Source of the DNA: Candidatus Binatia bacterium
GTDB taxonomy: Bacteria; Desulfobacterota; Binatia; Bin18
Length of the DNA stretch: 64,000 bases
NCBI GenBank assembly: GCA_963664395.2
Contig: OY761159.2
Span: 4,416,001 to 4,480,000, forward strand
Direction of reading: 5' to 3'
The translations under genes were made by a program, and so were the position numbers. A model generated the notes under the pieces. It saw only the letters and a list, made by a program, of their open reading frames with translations, did not search any database and was not told where the DNA came from. The first letter of the stretch is position 1. Every line of letters begins with the position of its first letter. Below, in pieces: positions 49,165-58,223 of this stretch.

Positions 49165-49578
49165 ATGCTGACACGAGACGAAATGTCTAGCGCGTTCGCC
49201 CAATGGGGTGTTGCCTGGAACGAGCACGACCTCGACGGCGTTATCGATTTGTTTCACGACGAGATTTACTTCGAGAACTGGACCGGTGGCTGGGTCAGGG
49301 GCAAGGAGAATCTGCGTCAGGCCTGGACGCCCTGGTTTGCCAATCATGGCGGCTTCAAATTTACGGACGAAGAGACCTTCATCGACGAAGTTGAACAAAA
49401 AATGCTCTACCGCTGGCAGCTCGACTCCCCCTCGTTCGAGCAGGGCCAGGAGAACAAACACGAAGCCCGGCGTGGGCTCGATATCCTGCACTTCAAAGAC
49501 GGCAAGATCATTCAAAAACTCACCTACTCCAAGACGACGCTTGAACTGGACGGGGAACGGGTACGCCTGACGCCGTAA
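49165..49578 (+). CDS. NTF2/SnoaL-like protein
   Basis: AWNEHDLDGV, RRGLDILHFKDGKI. GAGGAG RBS. Confidence 0.85.
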   Translation: MLTRDEMSSAFAQWGVAWNEHDLDGVIDLFHDEIYFENWTGGWVRGKENLRQAWTPWFANHGGFKFTDEETFIDEVEQKMLYRWQLDSPSFEQGQENKHEARRGLDILHFKDGKIIQKLTYSKTTLELDGERVRLTP

Positions 49579-49612
49579 TGGCCTCATTAGGACAGTAAAA
49601 GGAGCGTGCAGT

Positions 49613-50554
49613 GTGGCGACATTTTCTCTGGACCAGGTGGAAATTTTCGGGACAGGCGTCCTTCAGGCCGAAGGCGTGGTCATTGATAAAGCTGGCTTAG
49701 TCTATGGCGCGGGTCGCAACGGCATTGTGTATCGTGTGACCCCGGACGGGACAGTCAGCGAAATGGCCCACCTGCCGGAGGGCTCCATGCCCAACGGCGT
49801 GACCATGGACCGCGAGGGCAATATCGTCTATTGCGACCTGGCCAAGCAGGCCGTGCTGCGAGTTTCCCAGAGCGGTCAGGTCTCGTTTATTGCCGACCAA
49901 GTGGGCGACGTGAAGCTCACCATGCCGAATTTCGCCAGCTACGACGCAGAGGGGAATTTATACGTCTCCAATTCTTCGAGCGCTCCAACGCTGGAAAAGG
50001 CGCTGGACGAGCTGGCCCAGCCGGCCCCGAATGGCGCGCTTGTCCGTATCCGACCGGACGGCCAAGGCGATGTCGTTGCCACCGGTATTTACCTTGCCAA
50101 CGGGACGGCCATCGCGCCGAATGAAGACGCGGTCTACGTGCTGGAAAGCACCCGGGACGACTGCCTGCGCATTCAAATCAGGAAAGACGGGTCTTTTGGC
50201 TCACCCGAAATATACTCCAAGGACTTTCCCGCCCTGCCCGACGGGATGGCCTTTGACGTTGACGGCAATCTCTATGTCACGCTGCCGGCCAAGATCGGCG
50301 GCTCACATACGCTCCAGGGTATTGCCCATCAGGGCGTCAACATGGCTCCGGCCCATCAGATCATCAAGGTGGATACCAATGGTCAGTGGAGTCTGTTGAT
50401 TGACGATCCTGAGGGACAAAAGCTGAATTTTCCGACCAATTGCGCGTTCGGCGGCCCGGATTTGCAGGGCCTCTATTTTGCCAATCTGGAGGGCGACCAC
50501 TTCAGTCGAGTGCATACCAGCGTACGCGGGCATCCGCTCTATCATCAACGCTGA
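49613..50554 (+). CDS. SMP-30/gluconolactonase/LRE family beta-propeller
   Basis: AEGVV, PNG, ANGTA, PDGMAFDVDGNLYV, PTNCAFGGPD. Confidence 0.9.
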   Translation: MATFSLDQVEIFGTGVLQAEGVVIDKAGLVYGAGRNGIVYRVTPDGTVSEMAHLPEGSMPNGVTMDREGNIVYCDLAKQAVLRVSQSGQVSFIADQVGDVKLTMPNFASYDAEGNLYVSNSSSAPTLEKALDELAQPAPNGALVRIRPDGQGDVVATGIYLANGTAIAPNEDAVYVLESTRDDCLRIQIRKDGSFGSPEIYSKDFPALPDGMAFDVDGNLYVTLPAKIGGSHTLQGIAHQGVNMAPAHQIIKVDTNGQWSLLIDDPEGQKLNFPTNCAFGGPDLQGLYFANLEGDHFSRVHTSVRGHPLYHQR

Positions 50555-50579
50555 GACGGTGCCTGTGCGTTGGCTGTCA

Positions 50580-50617
50580 CCCCTCACCCCAACCCTCTCC
50601 CCTTGAGGGGCGAGGGG
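50580..50617. repeat. REP-like palindrome, family B (CCCTCACCCCAACCCTCTCCC..GGGCGAGGG)
   Basis: Lies between convergent genes; a partial reverse copy sits at about 43505-43527. Confidence 0.7.
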
Positions 50618-50631
50618 GCTGGAAACGGGCC

Positions 50632-51411
50632 TTACAAGTCCATGGGCAGACCCAGGTGTTCCGCGTAGATAAAATGCCGGTGATCCATGAGGGCCGGCGT
50701 AGCCGCCGCGGCCACATCGGGATGATGGTTCTGGTAGAGCGGACGGAAGTCTTCGAGCATCGGACACTCGTCGGGCGGCAGGGGCTCAATCAGGTGAGAG
50801 AAGCCGGCCCAATAAATGTCCAGGGCTGACAGCGTCTTGCCAATAAAATAGCGACTGCCTTGGGCCTGTTGCTCTTCAAGCAGGCTGCTCAAGGCGTTCA
50901 GGATTTCGATCACTCGCGCAGGAGCCGCTTCCCCGGCCTCGGGCGAGTAGCCGTATTTTGCGCCAAAGGCTTGGAAAAAAGCCCGCTGCTCTTCCGGTAG
51001 GTCAGGCGCGGACAGACCCTGATGGACCATCATCAAGCGCCGACTCCAGCCAAATCCGTGCATGCCGCATAGTTCACTTGCGTAGCCGAACATTTTGATC
51101 CGGTCGGTTTGATTGGCCGGAATGAGCGCCGGCTCGGGTCGAATGCGTTCCGCCAGATAGAGCTGCTCGGCCCAGTTTGATTTCGGGAGTTCATCATTCC
51201 AGGCAATCGCCGGCGCGGAGGCCTGCGCCGTCCAGGCAATCAGGTCGGCGTGGTCGGAGCCGATCTCAAACAGTCCGCGCGTGTACGGAATCTTCTTCAC
51301 GTCCAGAATGCCGCGAATCCCTTCCGCCCACGGGCCGGGGATGCCCTGGCCCAGGACAATCCGCATCCCTGACTGTTTTCTTGCTTCTGCAACACTGACA
51401 TATTCGGCCAT
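50632..51411 (-). CDS. Glutathione S-transferase-like protein
   Basis: PGPWAE, QASAP, PEPALIP, YFIGKTLSALDIYWA (GST C-terminal capping motif). Confidence 0.75.
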   Translation of the reverse strand: MAEYVSVAEARKQSGMRIVLGQGIPGPWAEGIRGILDVKKIPYTRGLFEIGSDHADLIAWTAQASAPAIAWNDELPKSNWAEQLYLAERIRPEPALIPANQTDRIKMFGYASELCGMHGFGWSRRLMMVHQGLSAPDLPEEQRAFFQAFGAKYGYSPEAGEAAPARVIEILNALSSLLEEQQAQGSRYFIGKTLSALDIYWAGFSHLIEPLPPDECPMLEDFRPLYQNHHPDVAAAATPALMDHRHFIYAEHLGLPMDL

Positions 51412-51436
51412 AGATTTTCTCCTTTTGCTTGTGCTG

Positions 51437-51877
51437 TTAATTGCCCCGGCCGAGCGGTGGAAGCTGATCCGGAGTCACCCATTCTTCGGAGATACCATTC
51501 ATGAATTCCGGCGGTAAGGCTTCGACAGGGGTTCCCTCAAATTCCGCCGGTAGTTCCGTAGGACGACTGGTATAGACGTATATGACTCCATAGCCGGGCC
51601 GAACCGCAACAACGCCCGGCAGTTGTGACAAGGCATGCTCAGCCGTTGTATACTGCTTTTCGATTGTGCGGACTTGAGAGGTTTTATAGGCTTGCAGCGC
51701 TCGGCCTGAGACGGCTCGACCACGCGCGTCCGAGATGCCGCTCGGGATTTCAACCCGCCGCAGCGCCGCAAGGTCGCCTTGCGGTCGCGGAGCGCACGCG
51801 CCCAGGAATCCAAACGCAATCAGCCAACCATATCGACGGAGGAATCTTCTCGGAGCTATCGGTTCTGAGTCAGGCAT
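51437..51877 (-). CDS. Hypothetical lipoprotein
   Basis: GGAGGG RBS; lipobox LGAC. Confidence 0.55.
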   Translation of the reverse strand: MPDSEPIAPRRFLRRYGWLIAFGFLGACAPRPQGDLAALRRVEIPSGISDARGRAVSGRALQAYKTSQVRTIEKQYTTAEHALSQLPGVVAVRPGYGVIYVYTSRPTELPAEFEGTPVEALPPEFMNGISEEWVTPDQLPPLGRGN

Positions 51878-51891
51878 ACGTCCCTCCGCGT

Positions 51892-53091
51892 TCAGATGCT
51901 GCAACCCGGATCGGGGTCAATCGGACCGAGTCTTTTGACGACCTGTAGCCCCTCCTTGCTGCCGCGGGCAACCACGATAGGCATGGTCGCATGCTGGCTC
52001 TGCGGGTCTATGCTGACCTGACCGGTCGGCGACTCGAAGCTCAGCCCACGCAGTCCGGTCATGGCCGCTTCGGCACTCACCTCTCCGCTTTTTTCCCAGG
52101 CCGCCTTGAGCGCTTTAATGGCGTTATAGTGCGTCAGGGCATGGTAGCCGATGGGTGTATCTCTGCCGTGCTGAGAACGAACCCGCGCGACAAAATCGGG
52201 CACGCCGTCTTCAGGGTCACTCGCGACAAACGGACTCGTGGTCACAATCCGTTTCAGCTCTTCAGGCGTGAGCCCGTCAACGAGGGTGTCGTTGAACCCA
52301 ATCCAGCCCACGGTGATTTTATCAAGCAAGCCAAGCTCGCTGGCTTGATGCAGGAATTCTTGACCGTGCTTCCGCATCACACAAAACAACACCGAGGCCG
52401 TATTCGTTTCTTGAATCCAGCGGATGATGGGTCGGAATTGCCGCTCATCCGTTGCGATCAGGGCTTGGCCATGGACGTGCTGGCCGTGTTGATACATCGG
52501 GAAGCGCAGTTGGCGGAACATCGCATTTTGCCAGCTGGGATACGAACCCAACATGAAATAATCTTTAATCTGCTCGTCTTCGTCCAGATACCGGACTAAG
52601 GCATGGCCGTCCTGACTCGTAGTCGGGCCGACGGAAAACAGGACAGGCGAACAAAAGCCGCCTGCGTGATTGCTTGCATTCACGAGGGGGATGTTGCGAT
52701 CGGCTAAAAAGCGGGCCGCATATTTCCGACCAGCCGAGGCCCAGGGGCCAACCAGGGCAATCGCCCCCCACTCGTCAATTAACTCTCGACAGCGCTCGGG
52801 CAGGACTGCGGGAGTTGTTTCCGAATCGCGGTACTCGACCGCTATCTTCCTGCCGAGGATACCGCCGGTTCCATTGATCTCAGCGACTGCGGTGTCAATG
52901 CCAAGGCGCATTTGCCGGGCATACGCATCCACATCTCCGCTGAGGGGGATTAAGGCTCCAATATGGACGGTCTGATCCATGGCAAAGACCCGCGCTAAGG
53001 ATGTGGGGCGGCTGACAAACGCTGCCGCACCTGAAGCGGCAATCCATTTCAGCGCGTCACGTCTCTTTATTCGGGTGTTCCTCTTCTGCAC
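51892..53091 (-). CDS. Type-1 periplasmic substrate-binding protein (AmiC/UrtA-like), Tat signal
   Basis: KRRDALK twin-arginine motif, IGALIPLSG, EINGTGGILGRKI, FESPTGQVSID. Confidence 0.82.
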   Translation of the reverse strand: MQKRNTRIKRRDALKWIAASGAAAFVSRPTSLARVFAMDQTVHIGALIPLSGDVDAYARQMRLGIDTAVAEINGTGGILGRKIAVEYRDSETTPAVLPERCRELIDEWGAIALVGPWASAGRKYAARFLADRNIPLVNASNHAGGFCSPVLFSVGPTTSQDGHALVRYLDEDEQIKDYFMLGSYPSWQNAMFRQLRFPMYQHGQHVHGQALIATDERQFRPIIRWIQETNTASVLFCVMRKHGQEFLHQASELGLLDKITVGWIGFNDTLVDGLTPEELKRIVTTSPFVASDPEDGVPDFVARVRSQHGRDTPIGYHALTHYNAIKALKAAWEKSGEVSAEAAMTGLRGLSFESPTGQVSIDPQSQHATMPIVVARGSKEGLQVVKRLGPIDPDPGCSI

Positions 53092-53100
53092 CTGCCCTCC

Positions 53101-54246
53101 TTAGTCTCTTTCCGCTTGTACCCGAATCGGCGCGAGGTCCTCAGGCGTGAGCCCCATATCGGTTAAGTCTTGAGGTAAACGCCGATCTACTATCAGGCTT
53201 GCCGCCGCACGGCCCATCGCAGACGATGTCTGGATGCCGTAGCCGCCCTGCCCGGCTAACCAGAACAATCCGGCGCGTTCGCTATCCATACCGACTACTG
53301 GCGTTTTATCTCCGACAAAGCTGCGCAATCCAGCCCATTTGCGGTGAATATGGGTAATGGACAAAGTCGTTGCCTTTTGAATGCGATCAATGGCAACCGC
53401 CACGTCGTAGTCGTCCGGGAAAACATCGCATGGGTCCATCGGCGTCTCATCCGCGGGAGAGGCAAGAATTCCCCCGGACTCAGGCTTAAAGTAGAATTCT
53501 TCATCGCTATCTATGACAACCGGCCAGGCCGCAAGCTCTTGCGGCACTATCCCAGGCGGGCCATCGCAGGTAAAAGCCGTGCGGCGTTTCGGAACTAAGC
53601 CGACCGGTCGTGCCCCGGCCAGCGTGCCGATGACATCACACCAGGCGCCAGCCGCATTCACGACTACCGCAGCAGCGTATTGCTGGTCAGGCGTATGGAC
53701 CTCCCAGCTCGCGTCCGACTGTTGAAACCGGACTACTTCGGCATCCGTGACCACCGTTCCACCCCTGTTTCTTAATCCACGTAAGAACCCCTGATGAATG
53801 GCATGCACATCAAGGTCCAAGGCGTGGGGTTCTAACACGGCGTAGGCAATATATTCGGTTCGTAAGGCAGAACAAAGAGAGTGGGCCTCTGCCGGGTCAA
53901 GGGCGCGGATAGTGGGGACAAGCCGCTGCGCCTCACCAAGCGTTGCCTCCAGCGCAGCTTTTTGATCTTCGCGCGCAATCCACAGCATTTGACGAGGGGC
54001 GGTCAGTGGGTAGTCAGTAAAACCCTCGGGTGGATACTCTAAAAAGGGGCGAGTCGCCAGGGTGAGGCGGCGAATAATGGAGTTGCCGTAATTCTCGGTT
54101 AATACGGCCGCTGACCGTCCGGTTGAATGGTGACCAGGCACGGCTTCGCGCTCAAGGACAATAACCCGACCATGCGCGGCCAGTTCATAGGCAACGGATG
54201 TCCCGGCTATGCCGGCCCCAATAACGAGAAAATCGCACGTTTCCAT
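53101..54246 (-). CDS. DAO-family FAD-dependent oxidoreductase (D-amino-acid dehydrogenase-like)
   Basis: IGAGIAG, HSTGRSAA, NAAGAWCD, WAGLRSF, AGQGGYGIQTS. Confidence 0.9.
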   Translation of the reverse strand: METCDFLVIGAGIAGTSVAYELAAHGRVIVLEREAVPGHHSTGRSAAVLTENYGNSIIRRLTLATRPFLEYPPEGFTDYPLTAPRQMLWIAREDQKAALEATLGEAQRLVPTIRALDPAEAHSLCSALRTEYIAYAVLEPHALDLDVHAIHQGFLRGLRNRGGTVVTDAEVVRFQQSDASWEVHTPDQQYAAAVVVNAAGAWCDVIGTLAGARPVGLVPKRRTAFTCDGPPGIVPQELAAWPVVIDSDEEFYFKPESGGILASPADETPMDPCDVFPDDYDVAVAIDRIQKATTLSITHIHRKWAGLRSFVGDKTPVVGMDSERAGLFWLAGQGGYGIQTSSAMGRAAASLIVDRRLPQDLTDMGLTPEDLAPIRVQAERD

Positions 54247-54426
54247 TTGACGACTCCCTTCGGATGGCCTGGGTCTACCCTACCATTCCTGGCCGCTCAT
54301 CTAGGTGGTTGTCTCATTCAGTCCTGCCTCTTGTCAATTGTCTTGCCCCGGACATGGCGCAAGACAGGCTGGTGTGGTATGCCTCCGGCAATCCACAAGA
54401 GAATCTCGCATGATGAGGAGGAATCC

Positions 54427-55503
54427 ATGGAGTTTAGCGTAACGGTAGCAACCAATATCGGTGACTGGCAACTCATTAAATTCGCCGAAGACTTAGGCTA
54501 CGACCGGGCCTGGGTGCCCGATTCCCAGATGATCTGGTCCGACTGCTACGCCACCATGGCTGTAGCAGCTCAGAATACGTCACGGATCAAACTCGGAACC
54601 GGAGTCGCGATTCCCGGTACGCGGATCGCACCGGTCACAGCTCATTCAATCGCTTCGGTTAATCGAATTGCTCCAGGACGTGTCTTTCTTGGCATCGGGA
54701 CAGGCCATACCGCCATGCGTGTCATGGGTATGAATCCCATGAAAATCCGCGACTTCCGCGAGTACCTGCGCGTCCTCCGGACTCTCCTGCAAGGCGAAGA
54801 GGTTGAGTACACTTTGAATGACACAACGCGGACCATCCAGTTTTTGCACCAGGACCTGAAGTTCATCGACCTGGAGCATCCTATTCCCATTATTGTGGCG
54901 GCCAATGGACCGCTGGCCCTGAAAGCCGCAGGGGAATTTGGGGATGGGCTGATCTCGGTGCTGAACGAGCAGGAGGCCGTCCTCAATCTGAATATGGACT
55001 ATGTGGGTCAGGGGGCCGCCAGAGTTGGCCGGGACCTGAGCGACTATCATACGGTCTCGCTCACCTCGGTCGTTGTGCTGGAGCCGGGTGAGGATCTGAC
55101 CTCGGAGCGCGTCATAGACGAATGCGGCTCATGGGTGTCGGCGGTCCTGCACTTTGCCTATGAAATCTATGAATTCACCGGCAGAGAAGAGATGATTCCT
55201 CCGTCCATCCACGATATCTGGGACGAATACTGCGCCTATGTGAAAAAAATGGAGACCCCGGCGGAGAAACGCTATCTACAGATTCACAATGGCCACTGTA
55301 CATTTTTAATGCCCGAGGAGCGGCGCTTTATCACGCCCAAAGCCATTGAGGGTTCGTGCATCGTGGGTACGCCGGACGAGATCATTGACAAGCTGCGAGC
55401 CGCAGAGAAAAACGGTCTCAAAGAAGTCAGCCTGCTCCCCCCGATGGCCAGCGCCCGCAAAGTGCTCACCGATTTTGCGGACAAGGTCATGGCGCGGTAT
55501 TAA
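54427..55503 (+). CDS. LLM-class flavin/F420-dependent oxidoreductase (Mer-like)
   Basis: AWVPDSQMIWSD, IKLGTGV, PGRVFLGIGTG, AANGP..LKAAGEFGDG. GAGGAGG RBS. Confidence 0.88.
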   Translation: MEFSVTVATNIGDWQLIKFAEDLGYDRAWVPDSQMIWSDCYATMAVAAQNTSRIKLGTGVAIPGTRIAPVTAHSIASVNRIAPGRVFLGIGTGHTAMRVMGMNPMKIRDFREYLRVLRTLLQGEEVEYTLNDTTRTIQFLHQDLKFIDLEHPIPIIVAANGPLALKAAGEFGDGLISVLNEQEAVLNLNMDYVGQGAARVGRDLSDYHTVSLTSVVVLEPGEDLTSERVIDECGSWVSAVLHFAYEIYEFTGREEMIPPSIHDIWDEYCAYVKKMETPAEKRYLQIHNGHCTFLMPEERRFITPKAIEGSCIVGTPDEIIDKLRAAEKNGLKEVSLLPPMASARKVLTDFADKVMARY

Positions 55504-55528
55504 GGAAGAGCGTACCCGCAGGGCCCAA

Positions 55529-55568
55529 ACCCACCCCGGCCCTGCGGGCCACCCCTCCCAAGAGGGGA
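55529..55568 (-). repeat. REP-like palindrome, family A
   Basis: ACCCACCCCGGCCCTGCGGGCCACCCCTCCCAAGAGGGGA, between convergent genes. Confidence 0.78.
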
Positions 55569-55595
55569 CAAAAGGCAGCTATTCCGGCGAGAGGG

Positions 55596-56456
55596 CTACG
55601 TTACGATCTCGACCGGGTCACCAACCGCGACCTGCCCAGGGGTTTTCACGGTGGCATAGACCCCAAAATTCTGGTTGGCCTCCCGCACCAGGGCGCGCAT
55701 GATCTTGGGGTCTTTTGGCAGATTTGCACAGCCGAGGGTTGTCATCACGCAGCGCAGACAGTTCATCGTCACGTCGAGGGTCATATTCCCGATGTGGAGC
55801 TGTTTGCCCGGCCACGCGGTCTCAACAAAACCGGTCGCCTCTTCGGTCTCAATCAAAAAATTCGGGCGAAAGCGCCGGGCGTCAATCTGGGAAGTCGGAC
55901 TCAGGGCTTGCAACTGCTGCAACGACGCCTCGGTCACCAGCAGCAGCGGGAAGGCGTCAAAATAGGTGCCCGGTGGCGAGGCGTATTGCAGTATCTCTTT
56001 TGGAAAGCCGGATAAATCCGGCAGCGGCTCGTCCGGCTCCAAACCCAGGACGGCTCGCAACTCTTCGGCCGGATTGCTATGCGTCGGCTTGCCGCGTCGA
56101 TAGTGATCGAGATTTTCGGCGGGCTGAATCGGCCAGATGGAAACCTGATGAGCCAGGGCTTGACTCAGCCGGGCTGCGGCATCCGGGTCGTTGGACAAAA
56201 AGGTCGTGCCATCCGGAACGGTAATTTCAGCCGGGCCGATCTGCTCTTTCGTCGGGCTGTCCGGATAGCGCGCCTGACAGTGCATCAAAGCTGGAATTTT
56301 TTTGGCGCTGCTAATGCCCCCTCGGACCTCGTCCCGCACCGCCCAGCCCCGATCGCCCAGCACGCCCTGGGGGTTCACCTCGGCGTGCTCCAGCAGTTCG
56401 CCCAGCATGCTCTTGAACGGATAACGCCAGATCTGTTTGATTGTCCCGACTCGCAT
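55596..56456 (-). CDS. MOSC domain protein (YcbX/mARC-like)
   Basis: IWRYPFKSMLGE, GDRGWAV, FDAFPLLL, RRFRPNF, CLRCVMTT, GVYA. Confidence 0.9.
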   Translation of the reverse strand: MRVGTIKQIWRYPFKSMLGELLEHAEVNPQGVLGDRGWAVRDEVRGGISSAKKIPALMHCQARYPDSPTKEQIGPAEITVPDGTTFLSNDPDAAARLSQALAHQVSIWPIQPAENLDHYRRGKPTHSNPAEELRAVLGLEPDEPLPDLSGFPKEILQYASPPGTYFDAFPLLLVTEASLQQLQALSPTSQIDARRFRPNFLIETEEATGFVETAWPGKQLHIGNMTLDVTMNCLRCVMTTLGCANLPKDPKIMRALVREANQNFGVYATVKTPGQVAVGDPVEIVT

Positions 56457-56497
56457 CGTATCCTCCGTGAACTGTGATGGCATTCTATGTGAGCACC

Positions 56498-57334
56498 CTA
56501 TTTGCCTGAAAACTCGGGTGTCCGCTTTTCTACAAAATGGGCCACCCCTTCCTTAAAGTCCTCACTGCTGAAACTCGCGCTCATCTCGGTCAGCCCGGCC
56601 TGTAGCGAGGTCGCAAAATCAACGTCCTGAGCGCGAAAGAGCTGAGATTTCATGACCCGCATGGAACGGGGCGAAACCATAGTTGCCAGTTCGAGCGCAT
56701 ACGCCCGGACTTCCGACATAAAAGAGTCCGCCGGATAGAGGCGATTCACCAGGCCCATCCGGAGGGCTTCCTGGGCAGTTATTTTTCGGGCCGAGAGCAT
56801 CAGGTCCAGAGCATTCGGCAGGCCGACAACCCGCGGCAGAATCCAGTCAATCCCGTGTTCGGCAATGAGCCCGCGCCGCGAAAAGGCCGTGGTGAAGACC
56901 GCCGTGTCTGACGCAAAGCGCAGGTCGGCGTACAGGGACAGGATCAGCCCCAGGCCGGCGACCGGACCGTTAATGGCGGCGATGATGGGCTTCGGGACGG
57001 TGGGGAAATACGCATAGCGATAGGAAAATGCCTGGGGCAGATCGAGCCCGCCGGGGATCGGTCCGGGAAAGGCCGCCGGGCTTTCGGGCGCCGCTGCGGC
57101 TGCGGATCGCTCTCGGGCCGCGTTCAGCAAGGCCATATCCGCTCCGGCACAAAATCCGCGTCCGGCGCCGGTAAGAATAATCACCCGGATGGCTGCATCG
57201 GCGGTCGCCTCGGTCAGGGCGTGGCGGACTTCCTGCTCCAGCACGCTTGTCCAGGCGTTGAGCTTCTCCGGCCGATTCAGGGTAATTGTCGCAATACCAT
57301 CCTGGGCGGCATATAAAATTTGTTCGTAACTCAT
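56498..57334 (-). CDS. Enoyl-CoA hydratase/isomerase
   Basis: ITLNRPEKLNA, GFCAGADM, KPIIAAINGPVAG, EDFKEGV. Confidence 0.92.
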   Translation of the reverse strand: MSYEQILYAAQDGIATITLNRPEKLNAWTSVLEQEVRHALTEATADAAIRVIILTGAGRGFCAGADMALLNAARERSAAAAAPESPAAFPGPIPGGLDLPQAFSYRYAYFPTVPKPIIAAINGPVAGLGLILSLYADLRFASDTAVFTTAFSRRGLIAEHGIDWILPRVVGLPNALDLMLSARKITAQEALRMGLVNRLYPADSFMSEVRAYALELATMVSPRSMRVMKSQLFRAQDVDFATSLQAGLTEMSASFSSEDFKEGVAHFVEKRTPEFSGK

Positions 57335-57810
57335 GCGTGTTTCTCCGTTGTCATATGGCCGGCAGACTCCGCTGCCAGACGTTCAGTCCCGGTTTCTCCG
57401 CCAAAGCGGGGTAAGGCGTCTCCGATGGCGACCCAGTCCGCGCGATCGGAAAAATAGTAATGGGCCTGCGGTTGGCGGTCGATGGCAGCGTGCAGATTCG
57501 CCAGGACAATATCCATGACCTCCGGGTGTCGGCTCGACTGACAGAACAGCGAGCTGCCACAGGTATTGCAGAACGAGCGCCGGCCATGCTCCGAAGAGAC
57601 GAAAACGGCAAGCCGGTCCTGGCCCGCAGTCAGGCTGAATTTCGGCGTGGACACCCCTATCCAGGTCACATAGCCGGCTCCGTGCGCGCGCCGACACATC
57701 GAGCAGTGACAGTGACCACAGAAGAGCGTCGGTAAGCCAAACTCAAACTGGACAGCGCCACAAAAACAGCTTCCGCAAACCAGCTCTGTTTTTTCCCCAA
57801 CTTCGGCCAT
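57331..57810 (-). CDS. GFA family (glutathione-dependent formaldehyde-activating) protein
   Basis: GSCFCGAV, CHCSMCRR, RSFCNTCGSSL. GAGGAGG RBS. Confidence 0.9.
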   Translation of the reverse strand: MAEVGEKTELVCGSCFCGAVQFEFGLPTLFCGHCHCSMCRRAHGAGYVTWIGVSTPKFSLTAGQDRLAVFVSSEHGRRSFCNTCGSSLFCQSSRHPEVMDIVLANLHAAIDRQPQAHYYFSDRADWVAIGDALPRFGGETGTERLAAESAGHMTTEKHA

Positions 57811-57877
57811 GATTTCCTCCTCTTTCGAGACAGCGCAGAGTGGCTTGAGCGCTCCCCCGGACATCCGCCGCCGGCTG

Positions 57878-58180
57878 CTACCGATAGTGGACGTTGCGAC
57901 GTTGATCAGTCAGGCATTCCTGATTGACGTACAGACCACCGTGCAGACGACACGCCTGTTCGTCCCGAACGGCCGGATTCATATCGGGCATATAGCATTG
58001 CTCATTGTAGAGGACGCCGCCGCGGGCCTGGCAGCGGCCAGCCTTCTTCCCTTCGGCTTGGGCCATTTGGTGATCAATGTCCTTATTGAACTCGGCGATT
58101 TTCTGATTCCACTTGCGCTCGGCATAGCTGCACGAGGCGGCACCTACGGCAACGAAGGCCAGCAGGCTGTACAGACACAA
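57878..58180 (-). CDS. Hypothetical lipoprotein-like protein with a duplicated CxxxGGxxxNxxC motif (start uncertain)
   Basis: Hydrophobic segment ending AASC; CQARGGVLYNEQC and CRLHGGLYVNQEC. Confidence 0.45.
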   Translation of the reverse strand: MCLYSLLAFVAVGAASCSYAERKWNQKIAEFNKDIDHQMAQAEGKKAGRCQARGGVLYNEQCYMPDMNPAVRDEQACRLHGGLYVNQECLTDQRRNVHYR

Positions 58181-58223
58181 GACGCGGAGGACCGGTCTTC
58201 CGACGGACCCCGTGTGCCGTTCA

